Below are positions 19,432-29,598 of a stretch of DNA of 64,000 nucleotides, one piece after another; the first letter of the stretch is position 1; every line of letters starts with the position of its first letter. The translations under genes were made by a program, and so were the position numbers. The notes below the pieces were generated by a model. The model saw only the letters and a program-made list of their open reading frames with translations, searched no databases and had not been told where the DNA came from. This stretch comes from Elusimicrobiota bacterium (GTDB lineage Bacteria; Elusimicrobiota; Endomicrobiia; Endomicrobiales; JBDRNC01). The DNA lies in the NCBI GenBank assembly GCA_043811535.1, contig JBDRNC010000029.1:17459-81458 (forward strand), read 5' to 3'.

Positions 19432-19860
19432 ATGATCAAGAAAAGAATTGGGTTTAAATGGTTTCATGCAGTTATTTTTTTGTGGGCCGCAATTTGTACG
19501 AATGCATTGTTTATAGCTGCTGAAGCTGGGCAAAATGGGGGGGTAAATGTATCTACAGAGAAACAATATACTGATACTGCAATGGGTAAATTGTATTACG
19601 GTTTTAAAATATACGCCTATAATGCCAATCCGTACGCGGTGAATTTTTATATCTGGACCGATGGAAACAGGTATAGAAACGTTGAATTCAAGGTTTATAA
19701 CATGAGAATTGAACCTAGGCAAACAGTACTAGTAGGATACGCATATGCTGCCGGTATCGATTACGATGGTTATGTCAAAGGCGATTGGGAATATAATTAT
19801 AAGTATCAATATGAGCCGGTCAAGGACTTCGGTCCGCTCAAGAAGCAAAAAAACAAATAG
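19432..19860 (+). CDS. Hypothetical secreted protein (AT-rich)
   Basis: RBS AAGGAG, signal peptide, Tyr-rich mature part. Confidence 0.65.
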   Translation: MIKKRIGFKWFHAVIFLWAAICTNALFIAAEAGQNGGVNVSTEKQYTDTAMGKLYYGFKIYAYNANPYAVNFYIWTDGNRYRNVEFKVYNMRIEPRQTVLVGYAYAAGIDYDGYVKGDWEYNYKYQYEPVKDFGPLKKQKNK

Positions 19861-20008
19861 TAATAATGCCAAAAATAAAACCGGCAATATATTTGCCGGT
19901 TTTTTGTTGTCCTAAGTGTCATTGCGAGTCCGCCGCGGCGGACGAAGCAATCTCAGGCCCAGAGATCACCACGTCGGTCGCCGCGGCGACCTCCTCGTGA
20001 TGACGACG

Positions 20009-21391
20009 TCACCTACTTTTTAAAAACTCGTCAATGTATCTCGCCGCCCTCTTGCCCATGCCCATCGCCTGGATGACTGTCTCGCCGCCTACTATATCGC
20101 CGCCCGCGAAAACCCCGGGCAAAGTCGTCATGAATTTATCGTCTATTATCAGATGTCCCGCGCTATCCCGCTCCAGTCCTTTCGTAAGCGACGGCAGTAT
20201 CGGGTTCGGGCTCAGTCCAATGGCCATTATCACCATGTCAACCGGCATTTTGAAGTTGGAGCCCTGAATAACCTTGGGCCTTCTTCTGCCCGATTCATCC
20301 GGCTCGCCCAGTTCCATCTTCACGCACTCCATCTCTTTGATAAAACCTTTTTCATCTCCGGTGAACCTGACAGGAGCCGTCAGCATCATGAATTTGATGC
20401 CTTCCTCCTCGGCGTGATGCGCTTCTTCAACGCGCGCCGGCATTTCCTCGCGCGACCTGCGGTAGACAAGCGTTACTTCTTTCGCGCCGAGGCGCAGCGA
20501 GGTCCTCGCGGCGTCCATCGCGGTGTTTCCTCCGCCTATGACGGCGACTTTTTCGCCTATCCAGACCGGCGTGTCGTATTCCGGGAACTCAAAACCGCGC
20601 ATCAGGTTGACGCGCACCAGAAATTCGTTCGCGGAGTACAGGTGGTTGAGGTTTTCGCCGGGAATATTCATGAAATTGGGAAGCCCCGCGCCGGTGCCGA
20701 TAAAAATCGATTTGAATCCTTCTTTCAACAAATCTTCAACTGATTTTGTCCTGCCCACAAGGCAGTTAAGGCAGGTTTTGACGCCGAGTTTCGAAAGATT
20801 GTAGAGTTCGTAGTCAAGCACCGCGGCCGGCAGGCGGAACCCGGGGATGCCGTACCTTAAAACGCCGCCCGGCTCGTGCAGAGATTCAAAAATAGTGACA
20901 TCGTAGCCCATCTTCGACAAATCCCCCGCCGCCGTCAGCCCCGCCGGACCCGATCCCACCACCGCCACTTTAATGCTGTTGTTTTTAACTAATTGCCGAT
21001 TGCTAATTGCTAATTGCTGATTTATTTGTTCCCAATCCGCCGTGTATCTTTCAAGATATCCTATCGCGACTGGCTGGCTTTTGTTTCCGAGAATGCATTT
21101 CAATTCGCACTGTTCTTCCTGAGGACAGACCCTTCCGCATACGGCCGGAAGATTGTTCTTGTCCTTAAGGATCTCCGCGGCTTTGTTCATGTCGCCGTCA
21201 GCAATGGCTTTGATAAAGCCCGGGATATTTATCTCAACTGGGCATCCGTCAACGCAAAGCGGTTTCTTGCACTGTATGCAGCGCTTTGCCTCCGCCTGCG
21301 CCATCTCCGGGGAATAGCCAAGGTTGACTTCCTTGAAGTCCTTGTTTCTCTCTCCGGGGGCGCGTTCCCGCATTTTTATTCTATCGGCCAT
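20009..21391 (-). CDS. GltD-like NADPH-dependent oxidoreductase (NfnB/SudA large subunit)
   Basis: EAKRCIQCKKPLCVDGCP, CGRVCPQEEQCE, VVGSGPAG, VIGGGNTAMD, FAGGD; in-frame heptamer insert QQLAISNRQL. Confidence 0.93.
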   Translation of the reverse strand: MADRIKMRERAPGERNKDFKEVNLGYSPEMAQAEAKRCIQCKKPLCVDGCPVEINIPGFIKAIADGDMNKAAEILKDKNNLPAVCGRVCPQEEQCELKCILGNKSQPVAIGYLERYTADWEQINQQLAISNRQLVKNNSIKVAVVGSGPAGLTAAGDLSKMGYDVTIFESLHEPGGVLRYGIPGFRLPAAVLDYELYNLSKLGVKTCLNCLVGRTKSVEDLLKEGFKSIFIGTGAGLPNFMNIPGENLNHLYSANEFLVRVNLMRGFEFPEYDTPVWIGEKVAVIGGGNTAMDAARTSLRLGAKEVTLVYRRSREEMPARVEEAHHAEEEGIKFMMLTAPVRFTGDEKGFIKEMECVKMELGEPDESGRRRPKVIQGSNFKMPVDMVIMAIGLSPNPILPSLTKGLERDSAGHLIIDDKFMTTLPGVFAGGDIVGGETVIQAMGMGKRAARYIDEFLKSR

Positions 21392-21535
21392 AATGCCTCT
21401 TCGAGAAAATACTAAATACTAAAAACTAAACAATAAATAAATCCAAAATCATAAATTAAAATTTAAAAAACAAACTGCTATGTTTGTGTCTTAGTTTTTG
21501 TGTTTTGAGCTTATTTAGTATTTAGTGTTTAGAAC

Positions 21536-22378
21536 TTAGTGTTTGTCTTTGCATTTCTCGCACTGGAACTTTTCCAGAGCTTTCTTTTCTTCAGTTTTAA
21601 AAAGCGACAACCTCGCGGTTAGCTCATCCCAGTTGACCTGGTGGCCGTCGAACTCCGGCCCGTCGACGCACGCGAAGTACGTCTTTCCGCCCACCGAAAC
21701 CCTGCAGGCGCCGCACATTCCGGTGCCGTCAACCATTATCGGGTTGAGCGAAACGACCGTCTTTATATTGAATTCCCTTGTCGCGTTAGAAACAACTTTC
21801 ATCATCGGCACAGGCCCTATGGCGTATATCTCGTTTATCGGAGTTTTATCCGCAATAAGTTTTTTCAGCACATCCGAAACGAAACCTTTCTCGCCGTACG
21901 AACCGTCGTCGGTAGTCACGTATAACCTGTCGCAGGCTTCTTTCATCTCTTTTTTAAGTATCAGCAGGTCCTTGTTTCTCGCGCCGATGATGCCGATGAC
22001 CGTATTTCCGGCCAGCCTGAAGGCGTTTGCCACGGGGAGAATTTCGGCCACCCCGACGCCCCCGCCTATGCAGACGACCGTTCCTTTCTTTGATATTTCC
22101 GTGGAACGCCCGAGCGGGCCGAGTATGTCGGAGATGCTGTCGCCGACGTTCAGGAGCCCGAGCGACTGTGTGGTTTTGCCGACTTCCTGGAAGATAATCG
22201 TTATCAGTCCTTTATTTTCGTCCTTGCCCGCTACGGTAAGAGGTATGCGCTCGCCCCTGGCGTCAACGCGCAGGACTATGAATTGCCCGGCTTTCGCGTT
22301 TTTCGCGATGTCCGGGGCCTCAACCGTGATCTGTTTGACGTTCGGCCCGATGATTTTCTTGCTTATGATTTTATACAT
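21536..22378 (-). CDS. NfnA/SudB-like FAD/NAD-binding 2Fe-2S subunit
   Basis: AGQFIVLR, ERIPLT, GPLG, GGGVG, TDDGS, MVDGTGMCGACRV, FACVDGPEF. Confidence 0.93.
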   Translation of the reverse strand: MYKIISKKIIGPNVKQITVEAPDIAKNAKAGQFIVLRVDARGERIPLTVAGKDENKGLITIIFQEVGKTTQSLGLLNVGDSISDILGPLGRSTEISKKGTVVCIGGGVGVAEILPVANAFRLAGNTVIGIIGARNKDLLILKKEMKEACDRLYVTTDDGSYGEKGFVSDVLKKLIADKTPINEIYAIGPVPMMKVVSNATREFNIKTVVSLNPIMVDGTGMCGACRVSVGGKTYFACVDGPEFDGHQVNWDELTARLSLFKTEEKKALEKFQCEKCKDKH

Positions 22379-22593
22379 GTTTGACTCTTGTACCTTTAAC
22401 AGTCAGCTTCCGTCTTCCTTCTTCCATCTTCCCGCTGTTGTAAAACAATCCCCTCACCCTTACCCCTCTCGCATCATTGAGAAAGGAAAAGTGAGGGGAA
22501 GTTTAATTGCCGTATCTCGTCGTTCGTATCTAGTATCTCGAAAAGACAGTGCCTTTAACGAGATACTAGTCCCGAGATACGAGATGCGTTCGT

Positions 22594-23952
22594 TTAAATT
22601 TTCGGCAAATGCGTCCAGGCTTCTTTGACCTTCGCTTCGGGATACTCGAAGTCAACGAGCTTTCCCGCGAGAAAATCGTCGTATGCCGAAAGGTCGAAAT
22701 GTCCGTGGCCGGAAAAGTTAAAAAGTATCACACGTTTCTCGCCCGTTTTTTTAGCGGCAAGGGCTTCGTCAATCGCTGCCTTGATAGCGTGCGCTGTTTC
22801 GGGCGCGGGGACTATGCCTTCCGTTCTTGTGAATTGAAGAGCGGCTTCAAACACGGGAATCTGCGTGTACGCAACCGCTTCTATTGTTTTTTCATTATTT
22901 AGCTTGGAGACTATCGGAGACGCCCCGTGATATCTCAATCCTCCGGCGTGTATGCCGGCCGGCTCGAATGTGTGGCCCAGCGTGCACATTTTTGCGACCG
23001 GAGCCATGCCGGCGGTATCTCCGTAATCATAAGCATAATGACCCTTAGTGAGGGACGGGCACGCGGCCGGCTCAACCGCTACAACGCGCAGATTCTTCTT
23101 TTTTCCCTGCAGCTTGTCCATAAGGAACGGGAACGACATGCCGGCAAAATTGGATCCGCCTCCGACACAGCCGATGACCACGTCGGGATAATCGCCGGCC
23201 TTTTCCATCTGCTTCTTGGCTTCAAGGCCGATGACCGTCTGGTGCATGCACACGTGATTAAGCACGCTGCCCAGCGAGTACTTAGCGCCGGTCTTGACGG
23301 CGGTTTCCACGGCTTCCGATATCGCCATACCGAGTGTCCCGTTTGAATTCGGGTTTTCGGCGAGTATTTTCTTTCCCGAGTCCGTCAGGTTCGACGGGCT
23401 GGCATGAACTTCCGCGCCCCACAGGTGCATGAGCGATCTGCGGTACGGTTTCTGGTTATAAGAGCATTTCACCATGAAGATCGTGAGTTTAAGGCCGAAA
23501 TAGTTGCACGCGAGCGCGAGAGCCGATCCCCACTGGCCTGCGCCCGTCTCAGTCGTGATTGCCTTGATGCCCTCTTGTTTATTATAGTAAGCCTGCGCAA
23601 CCGCTGTGTTCAGCTTGTGGCTTCCCGCGGGGCTGACGCCTTCATGCTTGTAATAGATTTTGGCGGGCGTATCTAACAGTTTCTCAAGACGGTGCGCGCG
23701 GTAAAGCGGCGACGGCCTCCAGAGCTTCCATATGTCGCGTATTTCGTCCGGTATCTCTATCCAGCGGTCCTGGCTCACTTCCTGTTTTATCAGTCCCATC
23801 GGGAAGAGCGGAGCAAGGTCAGCCGGACCGACAGGCTTAAGCGTAACCGGGTGTAGTATGGGAGGCAGCGGGGCGGGAAGATCCGCCTGAATGTTGTACC
23901 ACTTTTCCGGCAATTCTTTTTCCGACAGCAAAATCTTGGTTTCATCAGACAT
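22594..23952 (-). CDS. trpB2: TrpB-like PLP enzyme (tryptophan synthase beta chain 2)
   Basis: [51 protein letters not shown]. Confidence 0.95.
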   Translation of the reverse strand: MSDETKILLSEKELPEKWYNIQADLPAPLPPILHPVTLKPVGPADLAPLFPMGLIKQEVSQDRWIEIPDEIRDIWKLWRPSPLYRAHRLEKLLDTPAKIYYKHEGVSPAGSHKLNTAVAQAYYNKQEGIKAITTETGAGQWGSALALACNYFGLKLTIFMVKCSYNQKPYRRSLMHLWGAEVHASPSNLTDSGKKILAENPNSNGTLGMAISEAVETAVKTGAKYSLGSVLNHVCMHQTVIGLEAKKQMEKAGDYPDVVIGCVGGGSNFAGMSFPFLMDKLQGKKKNLRVVAVEPAACPSLTKGHYAYDYGDTAGMAPVAKMCTLGHTFEPAGIHAGGLRYHGASPIVSKLNNEKTIEAVAYTQIPVFEAALQFTRTEGIVPAPETAHAIKAAIDEALAAKKTGEKRVILFNFSGHGHFDLSAYDDFLAGKLVDFEYPEAKVKEAWTHLPKI

Positions 23953-24024
23953 GTTGAACTCCTTATGAAGATTTTATAAATTGCCGTATGCGAAATCCGC
24001 CGTGGCGGGATTGAACTCCTTATT

Positions 24025-24112
24025 AGCGGATAGCGGGTAGCGTTTAGCGTATAGTTAATGTGTCGAGTTCTTCTGCTTTTTACTATCCGCTATACGCTCT
24101 ACGCCATACGCT
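24025..24112. repeat. Heptamer-period inverted repeat (TAGCGTA/TACGCTA family)
   Basis: agcggatagcgggtagcgtttagcgtatag...ctatccgctatacgctctacgccatacgct. Confidence 0.85.
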
Positions 24113-24117
24113 GTCAT

Positions 24118-24720
24118 TTAATCCTTATCCAACTCGCCGTTCCAGTAAACGTTGTCAATGAATCTTTGCCATGATGTGCGCATTCTCGCGGGCGAGCTCA
24201 GCACGAGGGACAGTCCCCCGCGCCATTTCGGCTTGATCGGCTTGATAAGCAGGTGCATCCCCGCCTCTTCGGGCAGTTTGCTGCCTTTTTTGAGGTTGCA
24301 CGGAATGCAGGCCGTGACTATGTTGGCCCACGTGGTCTTGCCGCCGCGGCTTCTCGGCGTCACGTGCTCAAGGTTGAGGTCCGCTGAGGGGAACTTCTTC
24401 CCGCAGTAGCAGCAGCGGTAAGCGTAATGCTCGTATATATTGCGCCTCGTGAATTTCACTTCGGTCGTCGGAAGGCGGTCGTAAAGTTTCAGCGCTATGA
24501 CTTCGGGTATCGCGATCTTGAACTTCGGCGTGCTGATAAAACCCGCCGGGTGCTCGCTTATCGCCTTTGAAACCTCTCTCCAATCCTCAAAGGAATACGT
24601 GCGGTACTCCTGGTCAACAACATGCGCGTGGTCAAGGTAGACCAGCGACAGCGCCCTTTGCCAGGAGGTGATCTGAATAGCGTAGAAACTGCGGTTTAGT
24701 ACAAGGACATCGGAATGCAT
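24118..24720 (-). CDS. HNH endonuclease (McrA-like)
   Basis: VLVLNRSF, FTRRNIY, CCYCG, EHVTPRSRGG.TTWANIVTACIPCN. Confidence 0.92.
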   Translation of the reverse strand: MHSDVLVLNRSFYAIQITSWQRALSLVYLDHAHVVDQEYRTYSFEDWREVSKAISEHPAGFISTPKFKIAIPEVIALKLYDRLPTTEVKFTRRNIYEHYAYRCCYCGKKFPSADLNLEHVTPRSRGGKTTWANIVTACIPCNLKKGSKLPEEAGMHLLIKPIKPKWRGGLSLVLSSPARMRTSWQRFIDNVYWNGELDKD

Positions 24721-24845
24721 ATGTATCGTAAATTATAGTCAATTTCAATGAATTTTGTCAAGGTATTAAATGGATAAATGGCTAAATTGCTGTATGGCTA
24801 ATGTCTTCAGCCATTTAGCAGTTTAGCCATTTAGCAATTTATGTA

Positions 24846-24874
24846 TTGACATTCATTAAGTGTTTGGTTATAAT
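24846..24874 (+). promoter_or_regulatory. Consensus sigma70 promoter of fur-feoAB
   Basis: TTGACA (24846-24851), 17 bp spacer, TATAAT (24869-24874). Confidence 0.85.
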
Positions 24875-24893
24875 GATATTGAGAATCAGTATC
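24875..24893. promoter_or_regulatory. Fur box
   Basis: GATATTGAGAATCAGTATC, 16/19 match to GATAATGATAATCATTATC, directly after the -10 box. Confidence 0.85.
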
Positions 24894-24909
24894 AATACGA
24901 GGTTCTACT

Positions 24910-25377
24910 ATGACCAAAGAAGAACTGGGATTATCTGAATTTATCAAACAGCGGGGCCTGCGGATGACGGGCCAGCGGAAAGAGATACTTGAATACCTGT
25001 TCAACTGCAGGGAGCATATGTCCCCGGAGGATCTTTACATAAAACTCCGGGCGAAATATCCCAAGATCGGGCGGGCGACGGTTTACAGGACGATGAAGCT
25101 GCTTAAAGACGCCGATCTTGCGGTGCAAGTGGAGTTCGCGGACGGCTCGAAGAAATTTGAGCACGTGCACAACAAACCGCACCACGATCATATGATATGC
25201 CTAAAGTGCGGGACGTCAATCGAGTTCTGCAGCCCCAAGATTGAGGAACTGCAGGAAGAGATGGCGAGAAAAGAAGGTTTTACGGCGAAGAAACACCGTC
25301 TTGAACTATACGGATACTGCAGGAAATGCAGTCATAAAATCAGGGTCAAGGGTCCAGGGTCAAGGGTCCAGGATTAA
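24910..25377 (+). CDS. fur: Ferric uptake regulator family protein
   Basis: MTGQR, ATVYRTM, HHDHMICLKCG, YGYCRKC; last codons derive from a heptamer repeat. Confidence 0.93.
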   Translation: MTKEELGLSEFIKQRGLRMTGQRKEILEYLFNCREHMSPEDLYIKLRAKYPKIGRATVYRTMKLLKDADLAVQVEFADGSKKFEHVHNKPHHDHMICLKCGTSIEFCSPKIEELQEEMARKEGFTAKKHRLELYGYCRKCSHKIRVKGPGSRVQD

Positions 25378-25384
25378 GGAAAAC

Positions 25385-25627
25385 ATGGAAAAGAAGAGGA
25401 AACATATTAGCGTAACTGAACTGAAAACCGGGCAGAAGGCCCGCGTGGTAGCTATACAGGGGGGATGGGGCTTTCAGAGAAAACTTGAGAACATAGGCAT
25501 CAGGGTCGGTTCGGAGATCTCAAATCTCAGCGGGGGAGAAAACGGGCCAGTCGTGGTCCGGAGCGGCTGCACTCAGGTGGCGCTCGGCCGCGGTATGGCG
25601 AGGAAGATAATTGTAGAACAGCAGTAA
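25385..25627 (+). CDS. feoA: Ferrous iron transport protein A
   Basis: Start reassigned to ATG 25385; KLENIGIRVG, GPVVV, VALGRGMARKIIV. Confidence 0.9.
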   Translation: MEKKRKHISVTELKTGQKARVVAIQGGWGFQRKLENIGIRVGSEISNLSGGENGPVVVRSGCTQVALGRGMARKIIVEQQ

Positions 25628-25747
25628 TGGCTAAAGTGCCGAATGGCTAAATGGTTGAAGACGTTAGCAATTTAACCATGTTGTTTCAGCCATATAGCCA
25701 TTTAGCCGTATAACCATTATTTAATATCATTTATCCATTTAATCTTT

Positions 25748-27469
25748 ATGCATAAAATCCTGCTCATCGGCAATCCTAACGTCGGGAAAAGCGTGTTGTT
25801 TTCGCGCCTGACCGGTATTGACGTCATAGTGTCAAACTATCCCGGCTCCACCGTAGAGTTTACACGGGGCTACGTTCTGCTTTCCGGCGAAAAATACGAG
25901 CTGATAGACGTCCCGGGGACATACGCGCTGACGCCGACCAACAGGGCGGAAGAAGTCGCGGTGCAGATGCTTGCGGATTTCAGGCAGGGCGACATCGTCA
26001 TAAATGTCGTGGACGCCGCGAACCTTGAACGTAACCTTTCGCTCACGCTGGACATCCTTAAACTCAAACTGCCCGCTGTGGTCGCTCTTAACCGCTGGGA
26101 CATGACGGCGTCACGCGGCATAGAGATAGACCCACCGCAGTTGTCGGCATACCTCAAAATTCCCGTTGTTCCGGTCATTGGCGTGTCCGGAGAAGGGGTA
26201 AAGGAGCTTGCTGAGGCGCTGGCGCAAGTTTCCGCCGGCCCGCAAAAACCGTCCATATACGTCCCAGAAAAAAGCGAGGAGAAATGGCGGCTGATAGGCG
26301 AGATCTGCTCCAATTCCCAGAAACTCTACCACCGCCACCCCAATCTGTTTGAAAAACTCCAGGAATTCAGCATAAAGATGCCCTACGCCATATTCATAGC
26401 GCTCGGCGCGCTTGCCGGTTCGTTCGCGTTCGTCAGGTTCATAGGCGAGTCGCTCATTAATTACATCTTTGACCCTATTTTCAACAAACTCTACATGCCC
26501 GCTCTTCTCAAGATCGCCAACCCCGAAGTTCTTCCGGTGTGGCTTTCAAAGTTCCTGCTCGGCGCCAGGCCCGTGCCGATGGAATCATTCGGGCTCCTGA
26601 CAACCGGGATCTATATTCCGGTGGTCATCCTCCTGCCGTACATATTCTCGTTTTATCTCGTGCTATCGTTCCTTGAAGACACCGGATACCTTGTAAGGAT
26701 AGCGGTCGTGATGGACAGGGTGTTCCACAAGGTAGGCCTGCACGGCTACGCATCCATCCCGATACTGCTCGGGCTCGGCTGCAAGGTGCCCGCGATAGTT
26801 TCCACGCGCATTCTTGAAAGCCGCAAAGAAAGACTGATAACCCTGATACTCATACTGATGCTCGCGCCGTGCATGCCGCAGACCGCGATGATTTACGCGG
26901 TGCTGAACAATTTCGGCCTGCACGTCGTGATTGCGTTTTTCCTGGCGCTTATCGCGTGGGGCTTGATTATCGGATTCGCGCTGAATAAATTCCTGAAAGG
27001 GGAGACTCCGGAGCTTTTCGTGGAGATACCGCCGTACCAGCTGCCGCATGCCGGAACGCTTTCCAAGAAAGTTTACATGCGGCTGAAACTGTTTTTAGTT
27101 GAAGCCGTGCCCATGATAATCCTTGGGATAGCGCTCGTGAACCTGCTGGACCTGGCGGGTTTTATCGATAAGATTTCAAATCTTTCCGCGCCCCTGGTTC
27201 ACGGACTTTTGGGACTGCCTAAAGAGATGAGCGTTGTTATGATTTCGGGATTCTTAAGGAAGGACGTCTCTGTCGCGCTTATTGTTCCGTTCAACCTGAC
27301 TCTGAAACAACTGGTAATCGCTTCAATGATGCTTGTCATCTACTTGCCGTGCATCGCGACTTTTTCTATGATAGTGAAAGAGTTCTCGCTGAAAACCGCC
27401 GTGAAAGTCTCCGCGCTTACATTCGTGATTGCAATATCCCTCGCCGCGTTTTTAAATATAATAATCTAA
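25748..27469 (+). CDS. feoB: Ferrous iron transporter B
   Basis: GNPNVGKS, NYPGSTVE, DVPGTY G-domain motifs; LEDTGY, GLGCKVPA, YLPCIAT. Confidence 0.95.
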   Translation: MHKILLIGNPNVGKSVLFSRLTGIDVIVSNYPGSTVEFTRGYVLLSGEKYELIDVPGTYALTPTNRAEEVAVQMLADFRQGDIVINVVDAANLERNLSLTLDILKLKLPAVVALNRWDMTASRGIEIDPPQLSAYLKIPVVPVIGVSGEGVKELAEALAQVSAGPQKPSIYVPEKSEEKWRLIGEICSNSQKLYHRHPNLFEKLQEFSIKMPYAIFIALGALAGSFAFVRFIGESLINYIFDPIFNKLYMPALLKIANPEVLPVWLSKFLLGARPVPMESFGLLTTGIYIPVVILLPYIFSFYLVLSFLEDTGYLVRIAVVMDRVFHKVGLHGYASIPILLGLGCKVPAIVSTRILESRKERLITLILILMLAPCMPQTAMIYAVLNNFGLHVVIAFFLALIAWGLIIGFALNKFLKGETPELFVEIPPYQLPHAGTLSKKVYMRLKLFLVEAVPMIILGIALVNLLDLAGFIDKISNLSAPLVHGLLGLPKEMSVVMISGFLRKDVSVALIVPFNLTLKQLVIASMMLVIYLPCIATFSMIVKEFSLKTAVKVSALTFVIAISLAAFLNIII

Positions 27470-27567
27470 GCCGTCATTGCGAGGAGCCCTTTGGGCGACG
27501 CGGCAATCTCAGGGTGGATAATGACAGAGATTGCTTCGCTTCGCTCGCAATGACAAAAAGCCCTTGG

Positions 27568-28074
27568 TCACTGCCTCTCGTATACTTTCAATATTCTTCC
27601 GGTGTAAATGGTATGCTGGTCGGATTTGGGGTAATACTCCTTAGTTATCTCGGGATCCAGAGTTTCCTTGAGCACTTTATTCTTGTGGATTATCTCACAC
27701 TCGTAATATATGTCGCAGCCCTCTATGACGGACACGCCTTCCGACTGCCCCGGAACCAGCTTGAAGCCGCACTCTTTGATCTTATCCTTATCCCTGCCGG
27801 AGTACGAACCGCAGTAAGCGAGCTCTTTTTTCAACTTCTGCACCGGCACACACACCGCGAAGCGTTTCGCGTTTTCCATGAGTTCATAAGTGTAGCGCGT
27901 TGGACGGACAAGCACCTGAATAACCGGCTCGTACCACACAACGCCGATAGTTGACCAGCCGATAGTCATGACGTTTTGCTTTCCGGACTTGTCCGTCACG
28001 ACGAGAAACGCGCCGTCGCCCGCCATCGCCTCGCAAAAATCTTCAAATCTCTCGGAATATTTAATTGGTTTCAT
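27568..28074 (-). CDS. Flavin reductase-like (flavoredoxin) protein
   Basis: NVMTIGW, VRPTRYT, CGSYSGRDKDK, HTIYTG. Confidence 0.88.
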   Translation of the reverse strand: MKPIKYSERFEDFCEAMAGDGAFLVVTDKSGKQNVMTIGWSTIGVVWYEPVIQVLVRPTRYTYELMENAKRFAVCVPVQKLKKELAYCGSYSGRDKDKIKECGFKLVPGQSEGVSVIEGCDIYYECEIIHKNKVLKETLDPEITKEYYPKSDQHTIYTGRILKVYERQ

Positions 28075-28084
28075 ACTTACCTCT

Positions 28085-28235
28085 TATCTTCCTCCCTCCT
28101 TGCGGGATAGGGGGAAGCGCAATGTGCTTCCCCACTGGGATATCCGTAGATGGGGGTGCCCCGGATTGAGGTGGGGGGTGACCCCCATCCCGGCCTTCCC
28201 CCATAGAAAGGGGGAAGGAGATTGGTGAAGGAGTT
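28085..28235. repeat. Composite palindromic element (CCTCCC..GGGAGG / CCTTCCCC..GGGGAAGG); related copies at 32459-32672, 33897-34005, 36262-36302, 46762-46852
   Basis: ccttgcgggatagggggaagc..tgtgcttccccactggga.atccgtagatgggggtgccc shared by 28097 and 32466. Confidence 0.8.
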
Positions 28236-28275
28236 GTGATAATCCTTAAATCTTTCCAATCTTTTAATCTTTCAA

Positions 28276-28839
28276 TTAGTAGTATAACTTCACTCCGTCA
28301 AAGCCTTTTTCAACCGGCATGACGTAGGTTATGGTTTTGCCGGGCGTGTCATAGATCTCCATGACCGCGTTCGGCGGCAGTTTCTTCCCGGCCGCGTATT
28401 TCGTTATGGCAGGATACACTTTCATGACGCCCGCAATTATGCTCATCGTGTTCTTGAACGGGAAAACGGCAATGACGCTTTTCGTGGCCTTGAAATTCTT
28501 TATGATGAAATCCGTTTTCAGCCCTTTCAATTTTGTTTTGTCGTCTACTATGCAGCCCGCGATATAGCGCAGCTTGTCCTGCGGGACGGTTTGCGGGTTG
28601 TCAAAATAGATTCCGAAACCTTTTGCGGTTTCTATCTTGTTGTCCTTGAGCCATTTATACACCTCGTCCATTGGCTTGGCGCAGTTTTGGTAAGGACCGC
28701 TTGCTTTCTGATACACCAGCGTATAAGGCCCCGCGACGCCTTCCGTCACGGCAACATTGTGGAAGAAACCCGCGTAGCCAAGGAATAATACAACACCCAG
28801 ACCGATTAAAACCAGCGCCCCAAGAAAATACTTTAACAT
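28276..28839 (-). CDS. Membrane-anchored GyrI-like small-molecule-binding protein
   Basis: N-terminal TM helix; GPY, GIYFDNP..VP..KLRYIAG, MEIYD. Confidence 0.8.
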   Translation of the reverse strand: MLKYFLGALVLIGLGVVLFLGYAGFFHNVAVTEGVAGPYTLVYQKASGPYQNCAKPMDEVYKWLKDNKIETAKGFGIYFDNPQTVPQDKLRYIAGCIVDDKTKLKGLKTDFIIKNFKATKSVIAVFPFKNTMSIIAGVMKVYPAITKYAAGKKLPPNAVMEIYDTPGKTITYVMPVEKGFDGVKLYY

Positions 28840-28914
28840 TACATCTCCTTTTTGCCGCCACCACTCCCGCAGTGGCGGTGGCTATACCGCTTCTGCGGGA
28901 GTGGCAGGATGGCT

Positions 28915-29391
28915 TCATTTGTTCAACTTCCATATCGCCGCGTTGAGCACCGTGGCAAAACTCACCCAGAGAATGTAGGGCGCCATCAGCCACCCCGCGG
29001 TCTTTGATATCAGCATGAAACAGACGGTGGTCCAGATGATGAAACTTGAAAGGAACAGTATCACGAACAACCCGCCGACTATTGAATGCATCCCGAAGAA
29101 GACTATGGACCACAGCGTATTCAGCGCGAGCTGTATGAAAAATATAGTCATGGCGTTATTTTTCTGTTCTTCATTCGCGCCGGGCGCGTTCCATACCAGA
29201 AAGAGCGCGATGCCCATTAGTATGTAAAGAAGCGTCCACACCGGCCCGAACAGCCAGTTTGGCGGATTGAAGGACGGCTTTAGAAGCGTCGGATACCACG
29301 CTTTCACGGAAGGCGTCGTAAAAAATGCCCCGATAACTCCCGCGCTCAAAGACACCGTGATGCTGATGATTAATTTTAAAAATGTAGGCAT
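28915..29391 (-). CDS. tspO: TspO/MBR family protein
   Basis: WYPTLLKPSFNPPNWLFGPVWTLLYILMG, QLALNTLWSIVFFG, PYILWVSFA; start reassigned. Confidence 0.93.
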   Translation of the reverse strand: MPTFLKLIISITVSLSAGVIGAFFTTPSVKAWYPTLLKPSFNPPNWLFGPVWTLLYILMGIALFLVWNAPGANEEQKNNAMTIFFIQLALNTLWSIVFFGMHSIVGGLFVILFLSSFIIWTTVCFMLISKTAGWLMAPYILWVSFATVLNAAIWKLNK

Positions 29392-29598
29392 GTTTAACTC
29401 CTTGTACCTGTCATCGCGAGTCCGCCTTTGTACGCTGTCATCGCGAGTCCGAAGGCCTTTTGTCATTGCGAACACATTCGGCTACGCTCAGTGTAAACTC
29501 CGTGAAGCAATCTCTGGCCTTTTTGGGTCTCCCGTGGCAGTCTCAGTGACTGGGATTCGCCACGTCGCCCTGAACGGGCTCCTCGCAATGACAACTTT

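Noticed and set aside
24118..24720. HNH gene as a mobile homing endonuclease or defence gene
   Set aside because: Common stand-alone McrA-like family in a housekeeping context, with no intron or island signs.
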